Of a stretch of DNA of 64,000 bases, positions 49,839-61,800 are shown piece after piece. Source of the DNA: Pristiophorus japonicus (lineage: Eukaryota); contig NW_027254527.1 of NCBI RefSeq assembly GCF_044704955.1, positions 1-64,000 of the forward strand. The letters run 5' to 3'. Under the pieces are notes generated by a model, which did not search any database, was not told where the DNA came from, and saw only the letters and a list, made by a program, of their open reading frames with translations. Numbering within the stretch: position 1 is the first letter of the stretch; each line of letters starts with the position of its first letter. A program made the translations under genes and the position numbers.

Positions 49839-51912
49839 GTGACAGACAGTGGTTGAAGGAAGGGGTGGGTGGGGCAAGTTTGCCGCACGCTCCTTCCGCT
49901 GCCTGCGCTTGGCTTCTGCATGCTCTCGGCGACGAGACTCGAGGTACTCAGCATCCTTCCAGATGCATCTCCTCCACTTTGGGTGGTCTTTGGCCAGGGA
50001 CTCCCAGGTGTCGGTGGGGATGTTGTACTTTTTCAAGGAGGCTTTGAGGGTGTCCTTAAAGCATTTCCTATGTCCACCTGGGGCTCACTTGCCGTGTAGG
50101 AGTTCCGAGTAGAGCACTTGTTTTCGGAGTATCGTGTCGGGCATGTGGACAATGTGGCCTGCTCAGCGGAGCTGGTCGAGTGTGGTCAATGCTTCGATGC
50201 TGGGGATGTTGGCCTGATCGAGAACACTGACGTTGAGGAGGACACTCCATAATCCCTCACGATTGACAGAGTCGAAGGCCATTGTTTGGTCATAGAAGGC
50301 CATGTACAGGGGTTGGTGCTGCTCCCTGCATTTCTCTTGTATCTGCCGCGTGGTGAAGATCATGTCCGTTGTGTCCCTTAGTGGGCGGAATCCGCATTGT
50401 GTCTCTGGGGGGAGCTCTTCAGCGACAGGGAGAAGGCGATTGAGGAGGATTCTTGCGATGACCTTCCCTGTGGCCGACAGCAGGGAAACTCCTCTGTAAT
50501 TACCACAATCATACTGGTCTCCTTTCTTGAAGATGGTCACGATTACAGTGTCTCTGAGATCCCCTGGGATAAGAGAAATGAGATCATGGCTCCGCAATAA
50601 TAGTGTTTTGGTGTTTCGGAGGGGATTCCTTCTGCTCCTGAGGCCTTGTTGTTCTTCAGTAGTCAGATACTGAGCAGGGCTTGTGCTGAGATGGTGGCGG
50701 GTAGCATGCTGTGGGATGGAATTGAGGACACTCACGTTGAAGACAGAGTCTCGGTTAAGGAGATTTTCGAAGTGCTCCTTCCAGCGGGCACTGACTGCCT
50801 CTCTGTTCTTAGCCCTCAGTGGGGTAGGAACTTGGGTGCTTGGGCCGTAGGTGATCTTGACTACGCTAAAGAATCCTCGCACGTCGTGGTTGTCGGCTCG
50901 TTGCTGGATCTCCTGCACTTTCTCCACCCACCATCTGTTCTTTAGGTCACGGGTTTTCTGTTGGACCTCGGTCTTAAGACGTCTATAGAGCTGCTTTCTT
51001 GCCCTCGAGTTGTGTTGCTGTTTCCAGTTCAAGAATGCCTTGCGCTTGCAGCTTATTAGCTCCTGGATCTCCTGGCCATTCTCGTGGAACCAGTCTTGGT
51101 GTTTCCTGGTCGAGTGACCGAGCGTCTCTTCACAGGTGCTAATTATGGAGGCCTTGAGGCAGACCAGGCACTCTGAGTCTCTGGGTCACTGGGAGTAGTC
51201 AGGCTGGTTGTGAGGCACTGGCTGAATAGAGCTTTCTTAGCAGGATCTTTGAGTGCTCCAGCGTTGATTTTCCTGCGGCATTGTTTCTGTTGCTGCGGCT
51301 GTTTTGGGGCTACATTGATGGAAATGACTGAGCGGATTAGACGGTGATCCATTCAGCAGTCGTCGACTGCTGGCATGGGGTGGGTGATGCGCACGTCCTT
51401 GCGATCCCTCGCTCAGACGAAGACGTAGTTGAGCAGATGCCAGAGCTTGGAACAAGGGTGTTGCCATGAAGACTTGTATTTGTTTCTCTGACGGAACAAA
51501 GTGTTGGTTATGACGAGGGCGTGTTCTAAGCATTTTGTCAGGAGCAGGGTACTGCTGGAGTGGGTTTCCAGATCCCCTCTCTGCCGATCACATCTCCCCA
51601 GAGGTCTGTGTCTTTACCGACTCTGGTATTAAAGTCACTGAGGAGGATCAGCTTGTCGCCTGTTGGGACTCAGGACAGGGATTGTTCAAGGCTGGAGTAG
51701 AATTGCTCTTTGGTCTTATCTGTAGCTTCCAGTGTTGGGCCCTATGCGCTGAAGACCATAGCACACTGATTCCGGGCTCGGGTGAACCGAAGGTTCATTT
51801 ATCCTGCAGGGGGAGTCTCTGAGATGTCCAACTAGCTCATTTTTTATGGCGCAGAGTACCCCATGGAGGCGGCGTTCTGCTTCTGGTTTCCCTTTCCAGA
51901 AGAAGGTGTAAC

Positions 51913-54900
51913 TGTAGTGTTTCTGCACCTTGTTACAAACTCACACGAGGCATGGATATATCAGACCCGGTCACTCTGTGACCTTCACTTTATTCCCAGG
52001 ACTAAAGAGTGCTGATCCTGGGTGGGACCTCCCCTTTTATACCTGGAAGCCCAGGTGAGGAGCTCACTCCCTGTGGTCAGGGTGTGCATTACAAGGGTAC
52101 AGGTACAGTGTGCATGAGTTACAGTTACATACTTATAGTCATTGCAAGGTGGTTAAATACATGACATCACCTCCCCCTCAGGTCTTTTTGTCTCAGAGGT
52201 TAAGTCTATCGGGTGGTCTGCGCTCTCTCGTGGAGCGCTGCAGTTGTGGCTCTGGTGGCTGAGCCTCAGCACGTGTCTCTGTCACTTGAGGTGATTCCGG
52301 CCTGTCCGGGCTGGCCACAGGGACTGTGCATGCTGAGGGCTGTCTTTGTTGCTCATACGCTGGCAGTGGTGTGGGTGCTATCTCATCATGCTCTTCTTCC
52401 AGTTCCTCCGTGTCTATGCTGAACCTTGTCTTTACTTGGTCCAAGTGTTTGCGGCATATCTGCCCATTGTTTAGTCTGACCACCATGACCCTGTTTCCTT
52501 CTTTGCCAATTACGATGCCCTCAAGCCACTTGGGTCCCAAAGCATGGTTAATAACAAATACTGGGTCATCTATTTCTATACACCTCCCCCTTGAACCTCG
52601 ATCATGGAGCTCGGTTTGGGACTGGCGCTTGCCCTCAACAATGTCTGCCAGGTCTGGGTGAATGAGGGACAGCTGCGTCTTGAGTTTCATGAGGAGTTCC
52701 GCTGGCGGGACTCCCGTGAGCAAATGCGGCCGGGACCTGTAGGCCAGCAGGAGGCGCGATAGTCGGTACTGAAGGGAAGGTCCTTGGATACGTAGCTTGC
52801 CCTGCTTTATGACTTGGACCTTACGTTCCGCCTGGCCAATGGAAGCTGGCTTGAACGGCGCTATCCGGACATGTTTGATCCCATTGCCCGACATAAACTC
52901 CTGGAATTCATGGCTGGTGAAACACGGGTCATTATCACTGACCAGGATGTCCAGCAAGCCGTGGGTCGCGAAAACCATATGCAGACTCTCCACAATGATA
53001 GATATCGTGCACGAGTTTAATATGATGCACTCGATCCACTTCGAGTACGCATCGACAACGATCAGGAACATTTTCCCCATGAACGGGCCCGCATAGTCTT
53101 CGTGAATACGTGACCATGGCCTGGTGGGCCAGGGCCACGGGCTGAGTGGGGCCTCCCTGGGGGCGTTGCCCAGCTGGGCACACATCGTGCACCTGTGAAC
53201 CCAGTGTTCCAGGTCTGAGTCAATCTCCGGCCACCATACATGTGACCGGGCAATGGCCTTCATTAACACGATGCCTGGGTGCTCGCTGTGGAGTTCCCGG
53301 ATGAACGCTTCCCTTCCTTTCTGGGGCATGACTACCTGGCTGCCCCATAACAGGCAGTCGGCTTGGACGGAGAGTTCATCCATCCGTCTCTGAAACGGTC
53401 TGACCTCCTCGGGGCACGCCCTGTGTGCGGGCGCCCAATCCCCCGTCAGGACACATTTCTTTATCATGGATAGGAGGGGGTCCCTGTTGGTCCAGAGTTT
53501 GATCTGGCGGGCTGTGATGGGAGAGCCCGCAGTGTCAAAAGCCTCAACAGCCATGACCATCTCGGCGCTCTGCTTCGACGCCCCCTCGGTGGTGGCCAAT
53601 GGGAGCCTGCTGAGTGCATCAGCGCAGTTTTCGGTGCCTGGCTGGTGCCGTATGGTGTAGTCATACGCAGCCAGTGTGAGGGCCCATCGCTGTATGCGAG
53701 CTGACGCATTAGCGTTGACAGCCTTGCTGTTGGACAACAAGGATGTTAACGGCTTGTGGTCCGTCTCTAGCTCGAACCGTCTACCGAAGAGATACTGGTG
53801 CATCTTTTTCACACGGTACACACACGCGAGTGCCTCCTTCTCGACCGCGCCATATCCACGCTCTGCCTGGGAGAGCGACCTGGAGGTGTAAGCCACCGGT
53901 TGGAGTTGGCCGTCATCGTTACCCTGCAACACACACCCAACCCCCGTAGGATGACGCATCGCACGTTAAAACCAGTTTTTTACAGGGGTCATACAAAGTC
54001 AACAGTTTGTTGGAACACAGCAGGTTCCTCGCCTGATTGAAAGCCCGTTCTTGACAATCCCCCCAAACCGTTCACAACCTTTACGGAGGAGCATGTGTAA
54101 CGGCTCCAACAATGTGCTTCAGTTCAGCAGGAAGTTCCCAAAATAGTTCAAGAGTCCCAGGAATGATCGCAACTCCGATGTGTTGCCAGGCCTGGGCGCC
54201 CGGCGAATCGCCTCAGTTTCTGATTCAGTGGGCCGGATCCCGTGTACAGCAACCCTCCTGCCCAGGAACTCGACCTCTGTGGTCAAAAACACGCACTTGG
54301 CCTTTTTCAGCCGCAGGCCTACCTGTTCCAATCGGCGTAGCACCTCCTCCAGGTTGCGGAGGTGTTCCTCAGTGTCTCGACCCATTATAAGAATGTCGTC
54401 TTGGAACACGATCATTCCAGGGATGGACTTGAGCAAACTTTCCATGTTTCGCTGAAAGATAGCCACTGCTGAACGAATGCCAAACAGACACCTGTTGTCG
54501 ACAAATAATCCTTTGTGCGTGATGATGGTCAGAAACTTGGATTCTTCAGTCAGTTCCTGAGTCATGTAGGCCAAAGTGAGGTCCAGCTTCGTGAACAGCT
54601 TACCACCTGCCAGCGTGGCAAAAAGGTCCTCCGCTCTCGGGAGCGGGTATTGGTCTTGCAGCGACACTCGGTTGATGGTGGCTTTGTAGTCTCCACAAAT
54701 CCTGACCGAGCCGTCTGTTTTAAACACAGGAACGATGGGACTTGCCCAGTCGCTGAATTCAACGGCCGAAATTATGCCCTCTCTGAGCAGCCTGTCCAGT
54801 TCACTTTCAATTTTTTCACGCATCACATACGGCACCGCTCTGGCCTTGTGGTGCACTGGTCTGGTGCCCGGAGTGATGTGTATCACTACTTTGGTGCCCT

Positions 54901-56438
54901 TGAATGTTCCGACACCGGGTTGAAAGAGTGACTTGAATTTTTGTAGGACCTGTGAGCATGAACTTCGCTCCACGGATGAAATAGCGTGCACATCCCCCCA
55001 TTTCCATTTCATCTCAGTTAGCCAACTCCTCCCTAAGAGCGCGGGGCCATTTGCCGGAATAATCCAGAGTGGCAGCCGGTTCTGTGATCCATTATGCGTT
55101 ACCACCAAGTTTGTACTGCCCAGCACTGGGATTATCTCTCTGGTGTACGTCCATAGCTGAGTCTCAATACATTCCAGTTTGGGCCTGCTAGCTCTGTGTG
55201 GCGATAGTTTCTCAAATTGTTGGGCACTCATGAGGGACTGGCTAGCTCCCGTATCCAGCTGCCATTCAGTAAGACTTTCATCATCATGGGTGGCGTTTTG
55301 GTGTATGAGCTGTGGATGTCGGCCACATGAACTCTCTGAAATTCAGCATCCATGGTTGTTCCCCAGGCCTCATCCTGCATTGCAGACCCCTCGTCTGGTT
55401 CGTCTGTCTCGCAGACTAGCCTTGCTAGTGCCTTTTTGCACATCCTGGCCAGGTGTCACTTGACATTACAAATCCTACAGGTGTAAAGTTGGAACCTGCA
55501 GATTTTTGCAGTTTGCCTGGGTGGTGTCGAATTGCCCTTGCCTGCCTGTGGGGTACTGTCATTTTTATTACATTGATTCCCTGGTTCAACGCAACTTTAA
55601 AACCAGGGCTGTGTGCGTAAATTAGCTTGGTCTCCTCTTCCCCTGCCATAAAGGTCTGAGCTATCAACGACGCCCCTTCTAAAGTCAAATCCTTAGTCTT
55701 TATGAGCTTCCTGAAAATGCCGGCATGATTAATGCTCTCAATGAAACAGTCCCTTAACATCTCCCCACTGCAGGCATCGTAGAACTTACAGAGACTGGCC
55801 AAACGCTGCAGTTCCACCACGAAGTCCGAGATGTTTTGTCCCTCCCGACGCCGGTGAGAGTACAACCAGTGCCGGGCCATGTGTACGCTACTTGCCGTCT
55901 TGAGATGCTCACTGATCAGCTGGCTGAGCTCTTTGAAGGACTTGTCCGCTGGCTTTTGGGATGCGAGCAGGTCTTTGATCAGCGCATACGTCTGTGGACC
56001 ACAGCTAGTCAGTAGATGCACCCTCCGCTTGTCAGCCGCTGTCGCTCCCAGCCAGTCCTTTGTGACAAAGCTCTGCTGGAGTCTTTCCACAAAGTCGTCC
56101 CAGTCCTCACCCACACAGTAACGTTCCTCTGTGCCACCGGTGGCCATCCTCGTGGTTCGGTGATTCTTGATTCTCGTCGCCCGATGTAATATCTCTGCAC
56201 CTTGTTACAAACTCACACGAGGCATGTATATATCAGACACGGTCACTCTGTGACCTTCACTTTATTCCCAGGACTAAAGAGTGCTGATCCTGGGTGGGAC
56301 CTCCCCTTTTATACCTGGAAGCCCAGGTGAGGAGCTCACTCCCTGTGGTCAGGGTGTGCATTACAAGGGTACAGGTACAGTGTGCATGAGTTACAGTTAC
56401 AGACTTATAGTCATTGCAAGATGGTGAAATACATGACA
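51913..56438 (-). mobile_element. Ty3/Gypsy LTR retrotransposon with both LTRs, frameshifted
   Basis: 254-bp TG...CA LTRs at 51913-52166 and 56185-56438; PBS-like GGCGACGAG near 56174-56182; PPT 52167-52178; gag 56147-55425; RT (FQDDIL) 55231-54119; RNase H and integrase 53959-52193. Confidence 0.93.
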
Positions 56439-56865
56439 TCACCTCCACCTTGTTCCTTGAGCTGGCCTTCCCCTGCCGCCGGGTCACAGTTAGGGCGGCG
56501 ATGTCGATGAAACGTCGGAGTTCCTGGGCAACTATAGCAGTGCGATGTTCTGGTCTGTCGCTGTTGTGGTTGTCCATGAGGGTCCTGATGTTCCAGATCC
56601 CGAACTTCATTCTCGAGAGTGGAAGATGCCTGTGCGTGAATTCGTTTATCGTGGGGTGGCCATCGCACACCAGCTTCCACATGGACTTGACGGAGCAAGG
56701 TCTTGGTCCCATCACAAGGTCTTGGTCCCATCACAAGGTCTTGGTCCCATCACAAGGTCTTGGTCCCATCACAAGGGGACCCAAGACAATTGGAGACCGG
56801 GCTCTTCTGCATCCTCGAGAATTAATAAATATATCAATTCTTAGATATGTCCCAAGGCCCAGCTT

Positions 56866-57800
56866 CAGGTCACCCCAGGAATCCCCTGCTAATCCTCATC
56901 ATAGGCCGTCCCCCCAGAGCCAGGATTCCCCGCTAATCTTCATCATAGGCCGTCCCCCCAGAGCCAAGAATCTCCCGCTAATCTTCATCACAGGCAGTCC
57001 TCCCGGAGCCAGGAATCCCCCGCTAATCTTCATCACAGGCAGTCCTCCCGGAGCCAGGAATCCCCCGCTAATCTTCAACATAGACCATCCCCCTGCAGCC
57101 AGGAATCCCCCGCTAATCTTCATCATAGGCAGTCCCCCGGAGCCAGGAATCCCCCGCTAATCTTCAACATAGGCCTTCCCCCCGGAGCCAGGAATCCCCG
57201 GCTAATCCTCATCATAGGCCAACCTCCGGAGCCAGGAATCCCCCGCTAATCTTCATCATAGGCCGCCCCCCCGGAGTCAGGAATCCCCCGCTAATCTTCA
57301 TCATAGGCAGTCCCCTGGAGTCAGGAATCCCCCGCTAATCTTCATTATAGGCTGTCCCCTGGAGTCAGGAATCCCCCGCTAATCTTCATCATAGGCCATC
57401 CCCCGGAGCCAGGAATTCCCCACTAATCTTCATCATAGGCAGTCCCCTGGAGTCAGGAATCCCCCGCTAATCTTCATCATAGGCCATCCCCCGGAGCCAG
57501 GAATTCCCCACTAATCTTCATCATAGGCAGTCCTCCCGGAGCCAGGAATCCCCCGCTAATCTTCATCATAGGCCGCCCCCCCGGAGCCAGGAATCCCCCG
57601 CTTATCTTCATCATAGGTCATCCCCCCGGAGCCAGGAATCCCCCGCTAATCTTCATCATAGGCCATCCCCCGGAGTCAGGAATCCCCCGCTAATCTTCAT
57701 CATAGACCATCCCCCGGAGCCAGGAATCCCCCACTAATCTTCCTCATAGACCATCCCCCGGAGCCAGGAATCCTCCGCTAATCTTCATTATAGGCAGTTC
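56866..57800. repeat. About 43-bp minisatellite (CCGGAGCCAGGAATCCCCCGCTAATCTTCATCATAGGCAGTCC)
   Basis: Direct inspection. Confidence 0.95.
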
Positions 57801-58035
57801 CTATAATGGGGGGTGGGGGGCAGATGATGGGTGGGTGGGGTGGGGTGCGCAGACTTTGGGGAGGGGGGCAGACAGTAGATTGGTGGGGGGGGTCTGGGCT
57901 GTATGATCCTGGGGCTTCCCAGCTAATGCCCTCTCCCATTCCCGGGGGGGGCGGGGGCAGATCCCAACACAGCGAGGCTCGGGGTGAGCCATGGTGCTTC
58001 CCCTTTCACTGATTCCCCTGACTGTAGTGCGGCTG

Positions 58036-58074
58036 AGTTTTTGTACCAGCCCAGCCCTGCTTCCTCTCACTGTG
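58036..58074 (-). other. V 23-RSS
   Basis: Minus strand CACAGTG + 23 nt + ACAAAAACT. Confidence 0.95.
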
Positions 58075-58373
58075 TCTCGCACAGTAATAGATGGCGGTGT
58101 CGTTGGCTGTCAGTTTGCTGATTTCCAGGTACGCGATGCTGCTGGCCTTGGACACGGTAAATTTGAAGTGTTGAAGTCCAGGTGAGTAATACTTTTTATT
58201 GTCATATCCTATGGTCGCCAGCCACTCCAGCCCTTGCCCGGGGGCCTGTTTAACCCAGGCAATGCTGTTGCTGTCGAGGCTGAAGCCACTGACTGTACAG
58301 GACAGTTTGTGAGACTCCCCGGGCCGTTTCACGGCAGCAGCAGACTGTCTCAGCTCGATGGCGGACCGCACGC
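58075..58373 (-). CDS. IgW: IgW VH exon (GVRSAIELRQ...GESHKLSCTVSGFSLDSNSIAWVKQAPGQGLEWL...DTAIYYCAR), unrearranged
   Basis: Acceptor ttctgttcacag|GC; open frame with first Cys, W-x-K-Q-x-PG-x-GLEW and D-x-A-x-YYC-AR V-set motifs, followed directly by an RSS. Confidence 0.95.
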
Positions 58374-58481
58374 CTGTGAACAGAAGAGAGAGTGAGAAGG
58401 GTGCACTTTAATACAGGGAACAACACGGGCTCACACAGCCTCCCGGACAAGCCAGGCAGCACTGGGTGCACAATAACTCAC

Positions 58482-58527
58482 CCATCACACAGGCCAGAAG
58501 GACACCGAGACAAGCAGCACTCGCCAT
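58482..58527 (-). CDS. IgW: IgW heavy-chain leader exon 1 (MASAACLGVLLACVM+G)
   Basis: ATG at 58527; 46-nt hydrophobic leader ending in phase-1 donor G|GTGAGT; 108-nt intron to the V exon, as in Ig V genes. Confidence 0.9.
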
Positions 58528-58611
58528 TACCCCTGTGTGTGCAGACAGACAGACACACGCCACAAATCGGTAGCTTCAGGGCGCCTTGGTGTGGGGACCC
58601 AGTCGGTGCTG

Positions 58612-58700
58612 TTTAAATAGGGAACTGGGCTGAGTGAGTGAGTGAGGTTCCAACAGAGGCACACCCACTCAAACCACAGGTTCAGCTTCCTCTCACCGCC
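58612..58700 (-). promoter_or_regulatory. Putative VH promoter: TATTTAAA box, RUNX-like and PU/ETS-like sites
   Basis: TATTTAAA (58619-58612) about 85 nt upstream of the leader ATG; TGTGGTT near 58675 and GAGGAAG near 58690 on the minus strand. No octamer seen. Confidence 0.55.
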
Positions 58701-58821
58701 CCCAGCACATATTTCAATTCCCTGATTTATTTATACAGCATGTCCCCAGCAAGAATCAGTTCCGCATTCAAAGTCCAGGGACACTTTGCTTCTGGTTATT
58801 TATTTGAATGTTAAACAGAGA

Positions 58822-61800
58822 AACTGAGAGACACCAGTCAGTGTACAGATATCTCTTTGAAAGAGATGGACTGAGAGATACCAGTCAGTGATCAGCTATC
58901 ACCCTGAGAGAGAGGGACTGAGAGACACCAGTCAGTGTACAGCTATCACCCTAAGGGAGAGGGACTGAGAGAACCCAGTCAGTGTACAGATATCACCCTG
59001 AGAGAGAGGGATTAAGAGACACCAGTCAGTGTCCAGATATCTCTTTGAAAGAGTAGGACTGAGAGACACCAGTCAGTGTTCATATATTTCCCTGAGGGAG
59101 AGGGACTGAGTGACACCAGTCAGTGTACAAATATCACCCTCAGGGAGAGGGACTGAGAGATACCAGTCAGTGGACAGATATCACCCTCAGGGAGAGGAAC
59201 TGAGAAAAAACAGTCAGTGCACAGATATCACCCTCAGGAAGAGGGACTGAGAGATACCAGTCAGTGTACAGGTTTCTCCCTGAGGGAGAGGGGACTGAGA
59301 GACACCAGTCAGTGTCCAGATATCTCTCTGAGAGAGAGGGACCAAGAGACCCCAGTCAGTGTCCAGATATCTCTTTGAAAGAGAGGGACTGAGAGACACC
59401 AGTCAGTGTTCAGATATTGCCCTGAGGGAGAGGGATTGAGAGACACCAGTCAGTGTACAAATATCTACCTGAGGGACAGGGGACTGAGAGACACCAGTCA
59501 GTGTACAGATATCTCCCTGAGGGAGAGGGGTCTGAGAGACAATAGTCAGTGTACAGATATCTCCCTGAGGGAGAGGGGACTGAGAGACACCAGTCAGTGT
59601 GCAGATATCACCCTGAGGGAGTGGAGACTGAGAGACACCAGTCAGTGTACATATATCTCCCTGAGGGAGAGAGGGACTGAGAGACACCAGTCAGTGTACA
59701 GATATCTCCCTGAGGGAGAGGGACTGAGAGACACCAGTCAGTGTTCATTAATCTCCCTGAGGGAGAGGAGACTGAGAGACACCAGTCAGTGTACAGTTAT
59801 CTCTTTGAAAGAGAGGGACTAAGAGACACCAGTCAGTGTTCAGTAATCTCCCTGAGGGAGAGGAGACTGAGAGACACCAGTCAGTGTACAGATATCTCCC
59901 TGAGGGAGAGGGACTAGGAGACCCCAGTCAGTGTTCAGATATCTCCCTGAGGGAGAGGGACGGAGAGACACCAGTCAGTGTCCAGATAACCCACGAAGGG
60001 AGAGGGACTGAGTCACACCAGCCAGTGTACAGATATCTCCCTGAGGGAGAGGGACGAAGAGACCTCAGTCAATGTCCAGATATCTCTTTGAAAGAAAGGG
60101 ACTGAGAGACACCAGTCAGTGTTCAGATATCTCCCTGAGGGAGAGGGACTGAGAGACACCAGTCAGTGTACAGATATCTCCCTGAGGGAGAGGGACTGAG
60201 TGACACCAGTCAGTGTACAGATATCTCCCTGAGAGAGAGGGACTGAGAGACACCAGTCAGTGTACAGACATCTTCCTGAGGGAGAGTACTGAGAGACACC
60301 AGTCAGTGTACAGATATCTCCCTGAGGTGGAGAGACCGAGAGACACCAGTCAGTCTGCAGATATGTCCCTGAGGGAGAGGGACTGAGAGACACCAGTCAG
60401 TGTACAGATATCTCCCTGAGGGAGAGGGAATGGGAGACACCAGTCAGTGTTCAGATATCCCCCTGAGAGAGAGGGGACTGATTGACTCCAGTCAGTGTAC
60501 AGATATCTCCCTGAGGGAGACGGACAGAGAGACACATGTCAGTATCCAATATTTCCCTGAAGGAGAAGGACTGATGGACAGCTGTCAGTGTACATATATC
60601 ACCCTGAGGGAGAGGGACTGAAGGACACCAGTCAATTTACAGATATCTCCCTGAGGGAGAGGGAATGTGAGACACCATTCAGTGTACAGATATCCCCCTC
60701 AGTGAGATGGATTGAAAGGCACCAATCAGTGTGCAGATATCTCCCTGAGGCAGAGGGGTCTGAGAGACACCAGTCAGTGTACAGATATCACCCTGAGGGA
60801 GAGGTGTCTGAGAGACACCCGTCAGTGTGCAGATATCACTCTGAGGGAGAGGGACTGAGGGACACCAGTCAGTGTACAGATATCTCCCTGAGGCGGAGGG
60901 GACTGAGAGACACCAGTCCGTTTACAGATATCACCCTGAGGGAGTGGGACTGAGAGACACAAGTAAGTGTACAGACACCTTCCTGAGGGAGAGGTACTGA
61001 GAGACACAAGTAAGTGTGCAGACATCTTCCTGAGGGAGAGGTACTGAGAGACACCAGTCATTGTACAGATATCTCCCTGAGGTGGAGGGAGCGAGAGACA
61101 CAGTCTGCAGATATGTCCCTGAGTGAGTGGGACTGAGAGACACCAGCCAGTGCACAGATATCTCCCTGAGGGAGAGGGACTGAGAGACACCAGTCAATGT
61201 ACAGATATCTCCCTGAGGAAGAGGGACTGACAGACACCAGTCAGTGTACAGATATCTCCCTGAGGGAGAGGGACTGAGAGACACCAGTCAATGTACAGAT
61301 ATCTCCCTGAGGGAGAGGGACTGAGAGACACCAGTCAGTGTACATATATTTTCCTGAGGGAGAGGGACTGAGAGGCACCAGTCAATGTACATATATTTTC
61401 CTGAGGGAGAGGGACTGAGAGGCACCAGTCAGTGTACAGATATCTCCCTGAGGGAGAGGGACTGAGAGGCACCAGTCAGTGTACAGATATCTCCCTGAGG
61501 GAGACGGACTGAGAGACACCAGTCAGTGTACAGATATCTCCCTGAGGGAGAGGGACTGAGAGACACAAGTAAGTGTACAGACATCTTCCTGAGGGAGAGG
61601 GACTGAGAGACAACAGTCAATGTCCAGACATCTCCCTGAGGGAGAGGGACTGAGAGACACCAGTCAATGTACAGATATCTCCCTGAGGAAGAGGGACCGA
61701 GAGACACCAGTCAGTCTACAGATATGTCCCTGAGGGATTGGGAATTAGAGACACCAATCAGTGTACAGATATCTTCCTGAGGGAGAGGGACAGAGAGACA

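Larger units (their letters stand above)
48918..56810 (-). mobile_element. RTE-clade LINE, degenerate, hosting a Gypsy element and a CR1
   Basis: APE start MKFGIWNIRTL (ATG 56610), GGG/YTFFWKG split by the LTR element, RT motifs NYRGVSLLS and QCGFR, (GAT)n 3' tail near 48920-48937. Confidence 0.85.

Noticed and set aside
52193-53959. 588-aa ORF as a host gene
   Set aside because: RNase H and integrase portion of a frameshifted Gypsy pol between LTRs.
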